Of a stretch of 64,000 nt of DNA, positions 22,241 through 32,480 are shown in pieces; the first letter of the stretch is position 1, and each line of letters starts with the position of its first letter. A program made the translations under genes and the position numbers. The notes below the pieces were generated by a model. That model did not search any database and was not told where the DNA came from. It saw only the letters and a program-made list of their open reading frames with translations. Source of the stretch: Candidatus Binatia bacterium (GTDB taxonomy: Bacteria > Desulfobacterota > Binatia > Bin18); the NCBI GenBank assembly GCA_963666315.2, contig CAXXHG010000043.1, positions 352,001 to 416,000 on the forward strand, in the 5' to 3' direction.

Positions 22241-23770
22241 TCACGCAATCTCAACCTGATCAGGTTTTTCGGCTTCGTCACTGTCTCCTGATCGGAACTG
22301 TCTCTTATCCAGGTCATACGCCTGCATCTTTCTGTAGAGCGTTTTCACATCAACGCCACACACATTTGCCGTCAGTCCGATTGTTCCCCCACATGCCTCA
22401 AGCTGTTGCGCGAGATAAAACTTTTCTTGTTCTGCAAGCCACTGACGAAGCGGAAGGGATGTAGGCCCATTGGGCTGCCCATTGCCCACCAGTGCAGCCC
22501 GCCGGTCAGGCAAGTCAACGTTTTCAATTACTTTCCCGCTGGACAGAACGATTGCCCGCTCTAAGATATTCTGCATTTCCCGCACATTGCCCGGCCAGGC
22601 ATGCTGCATAAGCTGATCCATAGCGTGTCGTGAAACACTCCGAATCCCTCTTTGGAGGGCCACTTGATGGTGCTGCAGGAAATCCTGGACAAGCAAAGGG
22701 ACATCCTCACGCCGTTGCCGCAAGGGGATGAGCTGAATCGGCACCACGTTAATACGGTAGTAGAAATCTCCTCGCATCTCGCCTGGTTCAACCAGTTGTG
22801 CAAGCGGGATATTACTCGCTGCAATGACGCGCATATCGATTTGCACACGCTTCGTTGAGCCGAGGCGCTGAACTTTTTGATCCTGTAAGACGAGAAGAAG
22901 TTTTGCGTGCATGGCCAATGGAATACTCTCGACCTCATCGAGAAAAAGCGTTCCTCTATGCGCGAGTTCAATCTTCCCTGGGCGGGATTGGTCTGCTCCG
23001 GTAAAAGCGCCCCGTTCGTACCCAAAGAGCTCGCTCTCAAGCAAGGTTTCCGGAACGCCGGCACAATTAATAGGAATAAACGGCCCGCTGCGCTGCGCGC
23101 TTTGCTGGTGGATAGCGCTGGCAACAAGCTCTTTTCCCGTCCTGGTTTCGCCCTCGACCAGAACGGTCACATCAGTCCCCGCAACCAGGCGGATGACCTC
23201 AAACACCCGGTGCATCTCCGGAGTCTTACTCAGCATGCCGCCAAATTCGTAGCGGTCTTTCAGAATCCGTCTGAGGTGTCGGATCTCAGTAAAGGCGCGC
23301 GCTTTCTCTAACACTCCTCGGGTCGATTCCTGAATCGCGGCGGCACGAAATGGCTTGACAATATAGTCGGTTGCGCTGAGTTTGAGGACCTCGACCGCAT
23401 TTTCGATCCCTGCGTGTCCGGTAATCACCACCACAGGAACATCAGGATAGAGTTCTTGGATACGTTTAGTCAGTTCGACACCACTCAATCCCGGGAGTTT
23501 GATATCCGTAACAACGAGATCGATATCCTTGGCTTTGAGGCGCTCAAGCGCGTCTTCCGCCGTCGCTACAGGAGAGACGGTATAGCCACTCAGGACATAC
23601 AGACGCTCAATCTGTTCGCGAATGAGTTCGTCATCATCAACGACAAGGATATGAGGAATGGGCTCCGGAAGCGAAACGTCCGGTTGCTCTCCCACGCGTC
23701 TTTTTGATCGCTCAGAAGCGGCCCGGGGCCTCTCGCCCACAGTTCCCCTTTTAAATCTCTCTACTGTCAT
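22241..23770 (-). CDS. Sigma-54-dependent response regulator (NtrC family), Walker A variant
   Basis: Receiver, GETRTGKE (G to R), GAFTGA, FLDEV, WPGNVRE, HTH. Confidence 0.85.
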   Translation of the reverse strand: MTVERFKRGTVGERPRAASERSKRRVGEQPDVSLPEPIPHILVVDDDELIREQIERLYVLSGYTVSPVATAEDALERLKAKDIDLVVTDIKLPGLSGVELTKRIQELYPDVPVVVITGHAGIENAVEVLKLSATDYIVKPFRAAAIQESTRGVLEKARAFTEIRHLRRILKDRYEFGGMLSKTPEMHRVFEVIRLVAGTDVTVLVEGETRTGKELVASAIHQQSAQRSGPFIPINCAGVPETLLESELFGYERGAFTGADQSRPGKIELAHRGTLFLDEVESIPLAMHAKLLLVLQDQKVQRLGSTKRVQIDMRVIAASNIPLAQLVEPGEMRGDFYYRINVVPIQLIPLRQRREDVPLLVQDFLQHHQVALQRGIRSVSRHAMDQLMQHAWPGNVREMQNILERAIVLSSGKVIENVDLPDRRAALVGNGQPNGPTSLPLRQWLAEQEKFYLAQQLEACGGTIGLTANVCGVDVKTLYRKMQAYDLDKRQFRSGDSDEAEKPDQVEIA

Positions 23771-24879
23771 AAGGATCTCCGTTTTCTCCAGAAACTGCTC
23801 GAAAGCGCATTTTTAAGAGGCCCTGTTTCGGGCTTTTTCGATAGAAAGAGAGCTTGCCGCCGTACTGCTGTAGCAGCTCGTCGACAAGCACGAGGCTCAG
23901 GCCAATCTGATAGCCATTAATCCGGACAAAGGGCTGTAGTTCCCATTCTTCATCGAGCCCCAGCGGTGTCTGCGCACAGCAGTCGAAGCTGAGTGTAATT
24001 TCCTGGTGTGAAGACACGCGACGTGCTGCAACCGCTATCGGTATGTTCCCCGCCTCCGAAAAAAGCGCACTGCAAAATGCAAGACTGCGTTCAAGAGCCT
24101 TGCCGAATTGTCGCCAGTTGAGCCAGAGCGGGAGCGGATCGACTCGAGGTCGAACCACAATCAAGACACCCTTTTGTGTCCACTCTCGTTCCAAACGCTG
24201 TACCGTCTCGTCAAGAACGACGAACAAGTCTTCCGAAGAGCGTTGGATCTCTGGCGGACAAAAGTATTCCTGCGTCTCTCGAAGAAGCCGACTGGTGCGC
24301 TCAATCGCGTGTGCCACAATCTGCCCCTCAACTGGGTCGGACATAGTCATACTCAAGAGATCGACCCCCATCCCAATGCCTTACAGACTATTTTGTAGCT
24401 CGTGCGTCAGTCCATCGATCATTGCCGCCGTCGTCTGGCTCCATGTATCTTTCTCACCAGCCCGTCCTTTTTTGAGATCAGAAATATCCGTATAGACGCT
24501 CAGCACACCGCCCGACTTCCCATACAGGGCGCTGTATTGTGGATATCTCACGGAGCCAAATGGCCTGACGTTGTCCGTTGGGGAAAAAACGATAATCACA
24601 TCCAGCCCGCTTAAGACCGCGAAGCAATTCTCTCCGAGAGGCGGTAAAAATGGAACGATCTTGAGGATGAATCCGATCAGTCCACGCCGTCACGGTAGCT
24701 CCTTCACCTGTGACCACAGCAAACAATTGCCGGGCTTGGGGGTTCAGCATTGCTGTATCTTTTCCCAAATCCCATATCGCTGCGGCACAGGGGAGGAGAT
24801 CGAGCAGATCAAGATCAATATGTGGAGAGCCCGAAAGGGGCGTAAGAGCATTGTCCGCAACGGAGTGTTGGTGTCTCAT
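23751..24879 (-). pseudogene. PAS sensor kinase-like gene, frameshift plus nonsense
   Basis: PAS (WTDRIHPQD), frameshift near 24535, H-box THELQNSL*GIGMG with TAA at 24381, degenerate HATPase. Confidence 0.72.
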
Positions 24880-25134
24880 CAGAAATCCGCTCCAGTCACC
24901 CTGGTCTGGAAAACGGGGGCAGTATGTCGCATAGAGATGCCTCTCGTCTCGCGCTTGCACTGAGAGCTCCGGCTGTATCGTCTTCTATTCCGAATATCGG
25001 TCACCTCTCCCCGATCTTAATGATGGCGGCCCGTATTGTGCCCGAAAATTCCTCAGACATTATTCAAGCGGACTGCAAACGGACCAATGGAAAGAAAAGA
25101 AAGAAAGAGCGAGCGGGCAAATGGGGAGGATGAG

Positions 25135-25280
25135 AGGACGAGGGGAGGGAAATCGCCCTACAGGCTGGACCGGGGTCGAAGAAACCCTGGCAAAACGGGA
25201 AAGGCAAAAGCCAAGGAAAGCGTGCCCCTCAACACACAGGATAAGGGGCGGCGCCTTAATACACAAGACAAGAGGCGTGC
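25135..25280 (-). ncRNA. Candidate multi-hairpin RNA downstream of the sulfatase-like gene
   Basis: Four short hairpins on the minus strand with loops CTTGTCTTGTGTATTA, TATCCTGTGTGTTG, a short loop and TTTCCCTCCCC. Confidence 0.3.
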
Positions 25281-25298
25281 AGGACTACTGGGGCACAC

Positions 25299-26276
25299 TT
25301 AACGCAACTGACCTTCAACAAACGGCACTTCGTAGACCTTCTCATGGTTGATAGGTCCGTGCCCAAAATACCCTTCCTCACCAAACAGCTCGCCGTGGTC
25401 TGCGGTTATGGTGATATAGGTATTCGGCGGCACGGCATCGAAAAGCCGTTCAAAGACACCGTCAAGATAGCGTACGGCATGCACCTGGCGCTCGCGTAAG
25501 AGGTCGAGTTTGTCTTGATCGAAGAACCGACCACTGTCCGCCTCGGTCTCAATCAGCTTGCCGCCAACCATTCCATCATCGAAATGTTTAAACACTCCAT
25601 GCACGCCATGAATTTTCGGCCATTCGTCGCTCGGCTCGCCGGGCAGAGCATAGGGATAATGGGTCTCTCCGACATTGAGCAAATAGAACGATGGGCGGTC
25701 CCCAGAGAAGGTCAACCGATCGACCATTGCAGCCATATCGTTATGCGTTGGCATAAGGGTAAAGGTGTCGAAATCCTTATTGATCAGCGTAGCTGGATTC
25801 AGCACTGGAAGGGAGACCATGGCATGGGTCCGATAGCCGAGTTTCCATTTCAAAAACGTGGGCAAAAAGAGTTGCGGAACGAAGCTTTTAAACTCAACCT
25901 TCTCTGCCCCCAGACGCTCTCGAAACTTGAGAAAGTCTTGCTTGTAATATTCGGAAGCATAGACTTGCTTTGGACTCGAATGTGGCAGCAACCCCATGAG
26001 CAAATTGTAGTGCGAAGGAGCCGTCCACGACGCATAGCTCCAGCAGCGCTGCACCTCACCCAGGGCACTGACCGTTTTCGGAGCCGCAGCCATAAAGGCA
26101 TCATAGCGACAACTATCGAGGATCACGATGATATAGTTGTTCGTGCCTTGAGGCTGAGGTAGGGCTTGCAGCGCTACGCTCTGGATCGTCCGGGCCACGG
26201 CGTCCTGCCGCGTCTCGGCAGACTGGGGCGAGGTCATAGACGTTTCCCGCTTGAAGATCCGGTCCAAAATGCCCAT
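25299..26276 (-). CDS. Sulfatase-like/alkaline phosphatase superfamily metalloenzyme
   Basis: ILDSCRYD, WTAPSH (Thr at the nucleophile position), ETHYPY, TADHGELFGE..YFGHG, VPF. Confidence 0.82.
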   Translation of the reverse strand: MGILDRIFKRETSMTSPQSAETRQDAVARTIQSVALQALPQPQGTNNYIIVILDSCRYDAFMAAAPKTVSALGEVQRCWSYASWTAPSHYNLLMGLLPHSSPKQVYASEYYKQDFLKFRERLGAEKVEFKSFVPQLFLPTFLKWKLGYRTHAMVSLPVLNPATLINKDFDTFTLMPTHNDMAAMVDRLTFSGDRPSFYLLNVGETHYPYALPGEPSDEWPKIHGVHGVFKHFDDGMVGGKLIETEADSGRFFDQDKLDLLRERQVHAVRYLDGVFERLFDAVPPNTYITITADHGELFGEEGYFGHGPINHEKVYEVPFVEGQLR

Positions 26277-26340
26277 GCCTATCTCTCTCTATCGTTATGG
26301 CTACGCAACACTGCCAATTCTTCTGGGGAGACTAGCGTCC

Positions 26341-27744
26341 CTAGAGCCGCAAGATATGGGGATCACCAAAGTTCTGGAAGGCATTCCGGCAGTCAACGAT
26401 CAACGGACTGTGTTTGACGATCAGGTCGGCATCAAAAGCCGCGTGGTCAGTCAGCATGATAACGCAATCCGCCCAGGCCAGCACTTCGGGAGTCAGCTCG
26501 ACCGCGTGCAGCTCCATGCCACTGACTTCCACCTGCGGAACGTACGGGTCGGCATACTGTAAGGTCGCGCCTTTCTCATGGAGTATATGTAGCACTTCGA
26601 GCGCAGGAGATTCGCGCACATCATTCACATCGCGCTTATATGCCACCCCGAGGGCCAAGAGTTTTGCGCCGCGCAGGCTTTGGCATTTTTCATTCAGCAC
26701 ATCGGCAATCCGGCCCACCGTAAAGGCCGGCATTTGGCTATTAATCTGGCAAGCGAGTTCGATGAGTCTCGGCTCGACCCCGTTCATTTTCGCCTTCCAG
26801 GTCAGATAATGGGGATCAATAGGGATACAATGCCCTCCCAAGCCGGGTCCGGGATAGAAGGCCATAAAACCGAACGGTTTTGTCTTTGCCGCTGCAATGA
26901 CTTCCCAGACGTTAATGTCGAACGTAAGGCAGAGTTGCGCCATTTCATTGGCGAGTGCGATATTCACGCTCCGAAACGTGTTCTCCAGCAGCTTGACCAT
27001 CTCGGCCGTGCCCGGAGAGGAGACCGGCACGAGCTGTTCAATAAACTGCTGATACAGCAGGACCGCCAATTCGGTACACTGCGGGGTGATCCCCCCGACA
27101 ACTTTGGGAATCGTCCGGGTCATATACAACGCGTTCCCGGGATCGACCCGCTCAGGGGAAAACGCGAGAAAGAAGTCTGTCCCGACTTGCATGCCGGAGC
27201 GTTCAAGGATCGGCAGCACCACTTCCTGGGTGGTGCCTGGATAGGTCGTACTTTCCAAAATAATCAATTGCCCGGGCCGCAGATGGGTGCGCACCGCTTC
27301 TACGGCGGCAATAATATACGAGAGATCCGGGTCGCGGGTTTTCCGCAGCGGCGTCGGCACACAGATACTCACCGCATCCAGGGCTTCAATCGCAACAAGA
27401 GACTGGGTGGCCCGCAGCCGCTCCTGTCTGACGAGCTGCCCCATATCGGCACTGGGCACATCTAAGACATACGAGTGCCCGGCATTGACCGCCTCGACCT
27501 TCTTCGCGTCGATGTCGATCCCCGTTACCTGAAAGCCCTCCGTCGCCATCTCCAGGGCTAAAGGCAGTCCCACATACCCCAATCCCATCACACCCAGCTG
27601 CGCAGAACGATCACGGATCTTCTGTTTGAGCCTCGCTCCATCCTGTGACTGCGTGTGACCGAGGTCTTTCACATCATGCTCCTTTGCCCTCCCTACCATC
27701 GCACTCTCTGATTGAATACGGTCTTTCGACAACACATGTCTCAC
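26341..27744 (-). CDS. Nucleotide-sugar (UDP-GlcNAc/UDP-glucose-type) 6-dehydrogenase
   Basis: GLGYVG, CVPTP, ESTTYPG, SPER, GGHCIP, AYK.DV.D.RESP; start uncertain. Confidence 0.92.
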   Translation of the reverse strand: MRHVLSKDRIQSESAMVGRAKEHDVKDLGHTQSQDGARLKQKIRDRSAQLGVMGLGYVGLPLALEMATEGFQVTGIDIDAKKVEAVNAGHSYVLDVPSADMGQLVRQERLRATQSLVAIEALDAVSICVPTPLRKTRDPDLSYIIAAVEAVRTHLRPGQLIILESTTYPGTTQEVVLPILERSGMQVGTDFFLAFSPERVDPGNALYMTRTIPKVVGGITPQCTELAVLLYQQFIEQLVPVSSPGTAEMVKLLENTFRSVNIALANEMAQLCLTFDINVWEVIAAAKTKPFGFMAFYPGPGLGGHCIPIDPHYLTWKAKMNGVEPRLIELACQINSQMPAFTVGRIADVLNEKCQSLRGAKLLALGVAYKRDVNDVRESPALEVLHILHEKGATLQYADPYVPQVEVSGMELHAVELTPEVLAWADCVIMLTDHAAFDADLIVKHSPLIVDCRNAFQNFGDPHILRL

Positions 27745-27919
27745 CTCTCCTCACTTGTACAAATGCTTCCGCCGAGAGGCATGGCAGGCATCCGGTTTCC
27801 GACGGGTTCCGATCACCCGTCTAGACCGGCTACATTCTTTACCCTCTCGTTAATCACAGCCAGAAAAAACTCGTAATGGAGGGCTATGCCCCGATCCTAC
27901 GAGGCCTCAAGGGAAGTTC

Positions 27920-28537
27920 TCAATGATCTCTCACACGGGCCATATTTGCTATAATACAGGCAGTCGTTGCCGTTTCTTCAGCTAAGTCAATCACATCGAC
28001 CGCTTCCTGAATCGTTTCGCCAAACGAGACAACACCATGCTGCTCCAAGACTAGCATTCGCGTGTTTTTATCACTAGCCGCGAGCGTCCTTTCTACGGCC
28101 GCTGCAAGTTCTCGTGTCCCAGAAGATGCGAGCGGAACGACGGGAGATCGACCGAGTCGCATTTCAGCCGTCACAGTAACCAGCGGTATTTCCTCGCCTC
28201 GTACTGCAAAACTCACGCAGTGCGGCGGGTGCAAGTGCGCAATCGCTCTAATTTCCAGGTGTGTAGCGTAAATAGCCACGTGCATGAGCGTTTCCTCTGA
28301 GGGCAGGTATTGATCAGGACCAGCAATTTTATTCCCCTTAATGTCTACAGTCACACATGTATCAACGCTGATTTCCCGCAACGATATCTGGCTTGGAGTA
28401 ATCAGGAATGTTGCCGAATCCCCAATTCGAGCGCTGATGTTTCCGCCTGTCCCAGACACCAGCCGCCTATGATATGAGAGCTGGCAGTAGCGGACCAGCT
28501 CTTCTCTCAGAGCCTGATCACTTATCATAGTCTCCAC
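27920..28537 (-). CDS. Class II aldolase/adducin family protein
   Basis: GGNISAR, ITPS, PSEE..MH, HLHPPH, QHG. Confidence 0.88.
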   Translation of the reverse strand: METMISDQALREELVRYCQLSYHRRLVSGTGGNISARIGDSATFLITPSQISLREISVDTCVTVDIKGNKIAGPDQYLPSEETLMHVAIYATHLEIRAIAHLHPPHCVSFAVRGEEIPLVTVTAEMRLGRSPVVPLASSGTRELAAAVERTLAASDKNTRMLVLEQHGVVSFGETIQEAVDVIDLAEETATTACIIANMARVRDH

Positions 28538-28629
28538 TTTCCCCTACGCATTCGCTACGATTTCGTATGTGCTGCCCTGCGGCCGCCAACGACGCTTCCT
28601 TCTACCCCTGCAAGCTGGGCGGGAAGGAT

Positions 28630-28740
28630 TCGTCCACGAAGAAATCGTCCATAAAACAGTAGATTACGGTCATCTGGTCCTCTATGGTGTCGAGCATGGG
28701 TCGTCGTCCTTTGATGGCAGCCGGGCCGGCTCACGTAATC
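28630..28740 (-). mobile_element. Possible IS982-family transposase N-terminal remnant
   Basis: ATG at 28697 gives MLDTIEDQMTVIYCFMDDFF, resembling IS982 transposase starts (IYCxxDD); similarity ends after about 20 aa. Confidence 0.35.
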
Positions 28741-28945
28741 CTACACACTGCTTCTGGACTGACGACCCTTCTCGGTCAGCTCAGGACTGTGGTTGACCGA
28801 GCCGTTTAAGCGCAAGGTTACGTCTAAGGCAGAAAGGCGAAATTTTCACTGCAACACAGTTATACTCGGCAACCAGTGGATGCTCAAGCAGGATCTGCAG
28901 GATTTGCATCTGGTAGAGTACATACCGAAACACAGGAAAAACAAA

Positions 28946-29432
28946 ATGACAATGACTGTTGACATCTTCCATCCAGCCCAAGAACATGTCCGACTGCGTC
29001 AGACCGTTCGAGACTTCGTCAAAGAACACGTTGAACCCCAGGCATTAGAGCATGATCAGCACGAACGTTTCAATCTTTCCCTCTTCCGCCAGCTTGGCGA
29101 GCTGGGCCTGCTCGGGATTACCGTGCCAGAAAAATTTGGGGGAGCACGCATGGATGCGGTCGCTGCCGTGATCGCCGCCGAAGAGATCTCGGCTTCTGAT
29201 CCTGGTTTCTGCCTAGCCTATCTGGCGCATGCTATACTATTCGTCAATAACTTCTGTCGCAATGCCAACGACATCCAACCGACCCATGCGCCCGAAACTG
29301 ACCTGTGCTAAATACGTGGTCGAACGTTTATGGCGGGATGCCAAACTTCTTGAAATCGGAGGCGGCACGCTCGAAGCCCATCAAAAGAATATTACGAAGG
29401 ATTTAACCCGCCACATGGAACTCATTCGGTAA
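28946..29432 (+). pseudogene. Acyl-CoA (isovaleryl-CoA-like) dehydrogenase with internal deletion
   Basis: N-terminus LGELGLLGITVPEKFGG...LAYLAH joined out of frame to C-terminus VERLWRDAKLLEIGGGT; middle domains missing. Confidence 0.85.
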
Positions 29433-29442
29433 GGAAAGTATT

Positions 29443-29622
29443 ATGCGCAACCTATGGGACTGGATTATGATAGGCCTGATGCTGGCAGTCATTTGTTTTT
29501 GTCTGCTCGACGTCTGGAGCTCTCCGGCCCCCCTCCGCTGTGTCGTCGGCATCGGAGGGGCGATTGTCGTTATTTTTCTCAAAATGAACGCACTCAAGCA
29601 GGTACGGGAGGCAAAATCATAA
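29443..29622 (+). CDS. Small two-TM hypothetical protein (59 aa)
   Basis: AAGGA RBS, then MRNLWDWIMIGLMLAVICFCLLDVWSSPAPLRCVVGIGGAIVVIFLKMNALKQVREAKS; fills the gap before gspH. Confidence 0.5.
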   Translation: MRNLWDWIMIGLMLAVICFCLLDVWSSPAPLRCVVGIGGAIVVIFLKMNALKQVREAKS

Positions 29623-29630
29623 AATCCACT

Positions 29631-30176
29631 ATGCACCGCGCCCACAGGAAAGAAACACACCCAGCTGCGGCGCAACGGCCACGCGGAGCGTCCTCCAGGC
29701 AGGGCTTCACTTTTATTGAACTCATCCTTGTTCTCGTCATCGTGAGCATTGCCTTCTCCATTGTCGCGCCTGCCATTGGCAACCGCCTCAGCAGTGGAGA
29801 CCCCAAACGGACGGCGCTCCAACTGCGCTCGACAATGGAGCTGTTGCGTATTCGAGCACTCATAGAGGGGAAAGAGCAGCTTCTCATCGTTGACCCGCAG
29901 GGTAATCAGTATTGGCTCGAATCTGCCGGCCACACACCGGCACAGGACGAAGGGGAGCAGGACGAGGTACACCGGGTGCCGTCAGGCGGAGGCGAACTGT
30001 CGGCACGGGGTATTTGGGTTCGCGACAACGGCGAGGTCGAGTTCCGTTTTTATCCGGGCGGCATGAATTCCGGCGGAGATATTTTTATAGAGCAACGCCG
30101 CGGGCTTCATCTTATTACGTATACCGTTCACTTGAATCCTCTGCTTGGTACGGCAACGATCCAGTACGGTGAATAG
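29631..30176 (+). CDS. gspH: Type II secretion minor pseudopilin H
   Basis: Prepilin site QG/FTFIELILVLVIV; FRFYPGG.NSGG. Confidence 0.82.
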   Translation: MHRAHRKETHPAAAQRPRGASSRQGFTFIELILVLVIVSIAFSIVAPAIGNRLSSGDPKRTALQLRSTMELLRIRALIEGKEQLLIVDPQGNQYWLESAGHTPAQDEGEQDEVHRVPSGGGELSARGIWVRDNGEVEFRFYPGGMNSGGDIFIEQRRGLHLITYTVHLNPLLGTATIQYGE

Positions 30177-30189
30177 CCGGCCTGTGAAA

Positions 30190-30708
30190 ATGTCTTCAGC
30201 AAAGAAAACGTATCTTCTGTCGGTCTTGCCGTTTGCCGATAGTGCCATGTGGCAGCGTACCTCCGAGCGCACTTCCGAGACAGAGGAAAAGGGGTTTAGC
30301 CTGCTAGAGGTCATTATCGCACTGGCGATCTTAGCCATTGGCCTTGTCACACTGCTTGAACTCTTTGCCGGCAGCTTGCGTCTAACCGGAAAAGCTACGC
30401 AGCGCACCCTAGCGGTTATTCATGCCCAGAACGTGATGGACAGCTTCTTTGCCCAAGACTTTCTCGAAGATGGAGAAGACAGCGGAGAGCTACCGGATGG
30501 TTATTTTTGGCAGGCAAATGTGCAAGAAATATTTCCAGATGAGGAAGGGGAGGGCTCTGCAACAGTATCGCCGGACAATCGTCGCACGGACTTTCATCTC
30601 ATGGAGATCGAAGTACGTATTGGCTGGGAAGAGGGTGAGAGGCAACGCAGCTTTGTCCTGCGCTCCATGCGCGCGCTCCTGGACAGTCCAATGAATACCC
30701 TGAGGTAA
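30190..30708 (+). CDS. gspI: Type II secretion minor pseudopilin I
   Basis: KG/FSLLEVIIALAIL; start uncertain (30190 or 30247). Confidence 0.8.
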   Translation: MSSAKKTYLLSVLPFADSAMWQRTSERTSETEEKGFSLLEVIIALAILAIGLVTLLELFAGSLRLTGKATQRTLAVIHAQNVMDSFFAQDFLEDGEDSGELPDGYFWQANVQEIFPDEEGEGSATVSPDNRRTDFHLMEIEVRIGWEEGERQRSFVLRSMRALLDSPMNTLR

Positions 30709-30722
30709 GGCGAGGAATACAC

Positions 30723-31388
30723 ATGTCCCACCCGCGCGGCTTTACGCTGCTCGAACTCATCATCAGCCTCACCCTCATGAGTGCGGTGATCGTAGGTGTG
30801 TATGCCACACTCAGCCTTGGTACAGACGCATCCGAACGTGGTGAAGCACGGAGTATTGAAAACCAGCGGGTCCGGGCGGCGCTCTCGCTGATTGCCCGCC
30901 AACTGAAGTCCGCCTACCCACTGCTCCTCCAGACTGAGGGGGATACCTCTGTTTATTTCTTTGGCGAGTCGGATGAGCTGCATTTCATTGCTTCGTCGAA
31001 TCGGCCAGAGATTGGCGGATTGGAAAAAGTCTCCTATTTCATCAGGGAAGAGGATGGCCGACGCAGTCTCTGGATGCGCGTTTCCGCGCCCATACTGCCA
31101 GCAGACTTAGTGGAGGATCGCGAAGGCGGTTTACTCCAAGAAGCCGAGGTGTTGCCCGATATTGACGAGTTAGTGTGGGAATATTTCGGGGCGCAGCAAA
31201 CCGAGAAGGAATGGCAGAATCACTGGAGCGGCAAAGAGATGCGGAAACTGCCGCAAGCCATCCGGCTGTCGTGGCGGACGCAGGTCGGGACTCTGCCCAG
31301 TGAGTGGCATATTGAGGTACCGATTCATGTCCAATTTCCACATCAGGGCCGCACAGCCCCTCGAAGGCGTCGCGAGCCCAGAATATAG
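30723..31388 (+). CDS. gspJ: Type II secretion minor pseudopilin J
   Basis: RG/FTLLELIISL; W...W.....LPQAIR. Confidence 0.82.
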   Translation: MSHPRGFTLLELIISLTLMSAVIVGVYATLSLGTDASERGEARSIENQRVRAALSLIARQLKSAYPLLLQTEGDTSVYFFGESDELHFIASSNRPEIGGLEKVSYFIREEDGRRSLWMRVSAPILPADLVEDREGGLLQEAEVLPDIDELVWEYFGAQQTEKEWQNHWSGKEMRKLPQAIRLSWRTQVGTLPSEWHIEVPIHVQFPHQGRTAPRRRREPRI

Positions 31389-31392
31389 ATCA

Positions 31393-32418
31393 ATGAATAA
31401 CGAACGTGGTGTTATCCTGCTGGTTGTTGTCTGGTCGCTCATGGTGCTGATGGTCATCGCACTTGAACTCGGTCGTACGGCCCGTGTGGAGGGGATTAGT
31501 ACGGATGTGTATCAACAAGAGGCCAAAACCTACTATCTGGCAATGGCGGGACTCAACCGCGCACTCCATCAGCTTGTTCGTACCGGACACCGGGGTCAAG
31601 CGCGGCAGAAGCGAGGCCAAGACAGAGACGGAGGCGGTGGGCAACTTGACCCAAATGAGCAGGGTCCGCAGGAGTGTCCGGATGCCTGGCTTCTTGGCGA
31701 TGGTCAATGGAAAAGCGAATCTTTTGGTGAGGGCGGCTACCAGGTCCGCGTGAGCGACGAAAGCGGGAAGATCAATATTAATCAAGTAGATGAGATTATT
31801 TTACGCCAGACCTTCACCAATATTCTTCTGGACTACGATCCGGACTTTGGGGATGCGCTTGCCGATGCGATCCTCGACTGGCGCGATCCAGACGACTTAG
31901 AACGTCTCAATGGGGTCGAAAGTGACTACTATTTAGCCCAAGACATTCCTTATCCAGCCAAGAACGGACCGTTCGATGTCATTGATGAGCTGCTGCTGAT
32001 TCGCGATGTTACCCAAGACCTCTTCTACGATACCCTGAGGGAAGTGTTCACCGTGTATGGCACTGCACGGGCCGGCAATATGGCTAATCTGATGACTGCC
32101 GGTCCGGGGGTAATCATGGCAAATCAGGGTGTCGATGCGGAAACCGCCGAAGAAATGGTGAGCCAAAGGCAGGAAAACTGCGGGGAAGGTTTCTTAGACG
32201 GCACTGTCGCACGTGGCACCCTCCCAACGATTTTCACCATCGAAAGCGTCGGCTACCTGAACACCGGACGTATCACTCGCAGGCTGTCGGGGGTTGTCCA
32301 ACGCACAGGCGGTCAGTCATTCCGCATGCTGCGCTGGCAAGATCGTCTCCCTTCACCCGAACTCCCTATCAAAATCGACGACCAAGGATCAGGGGATGAC
32401 GTATATGAGGACTTCTAA
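31393..32418 (+). CDS. gspK: Type II secretion minor pseudopilin K
   Basis: ERG/VILLVVVW, DESGKININ, DAILDWRDPD, ELLLIRDV. Confidence 0.88.
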   Translation: MNNERGVILLVVVWSLMVLMVIALELGRTARVEGISTDVYQQEAKTYYLAMAGLNRALHQLVRTGHRGQARQKRGQDRDGGGGQLDPNEQGPQECPDAWLLGDGQWKSESFGEGGYQVRVSDESGKININQVDEIILRQTFTNILLDYDPDFGDALADAILDWRDPDDLERLNGVESDYYLAQDIPYPAKNGPFDVIDELLLIRDVTQDLFYDTLREVFTVYGTARAGNMANLMTAGPGVIMANQGVDAETAEEMVSQRQENCGEGFLDGTVARGTLPTIFTIESVGYLNTGRITRRLSGVVQRTGGQSFRMLRWQDRLPSPELPIKIDDQGSGDDVYEDF

Positions 32419-32480
32419 TCACGCCTCGTCATACGAGCGTGAACAGCGCCGTTGTGTCCTTTTCACGCCCAGAGTCCCAT

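Noticed and set aside
27760-27850. c-di-GMP-I riboswitch
   Set aside because: CCGGTCTA resembles part of P3, but the GGCAAAC and GCAAA motifs and the tetraloop/receptor are missing
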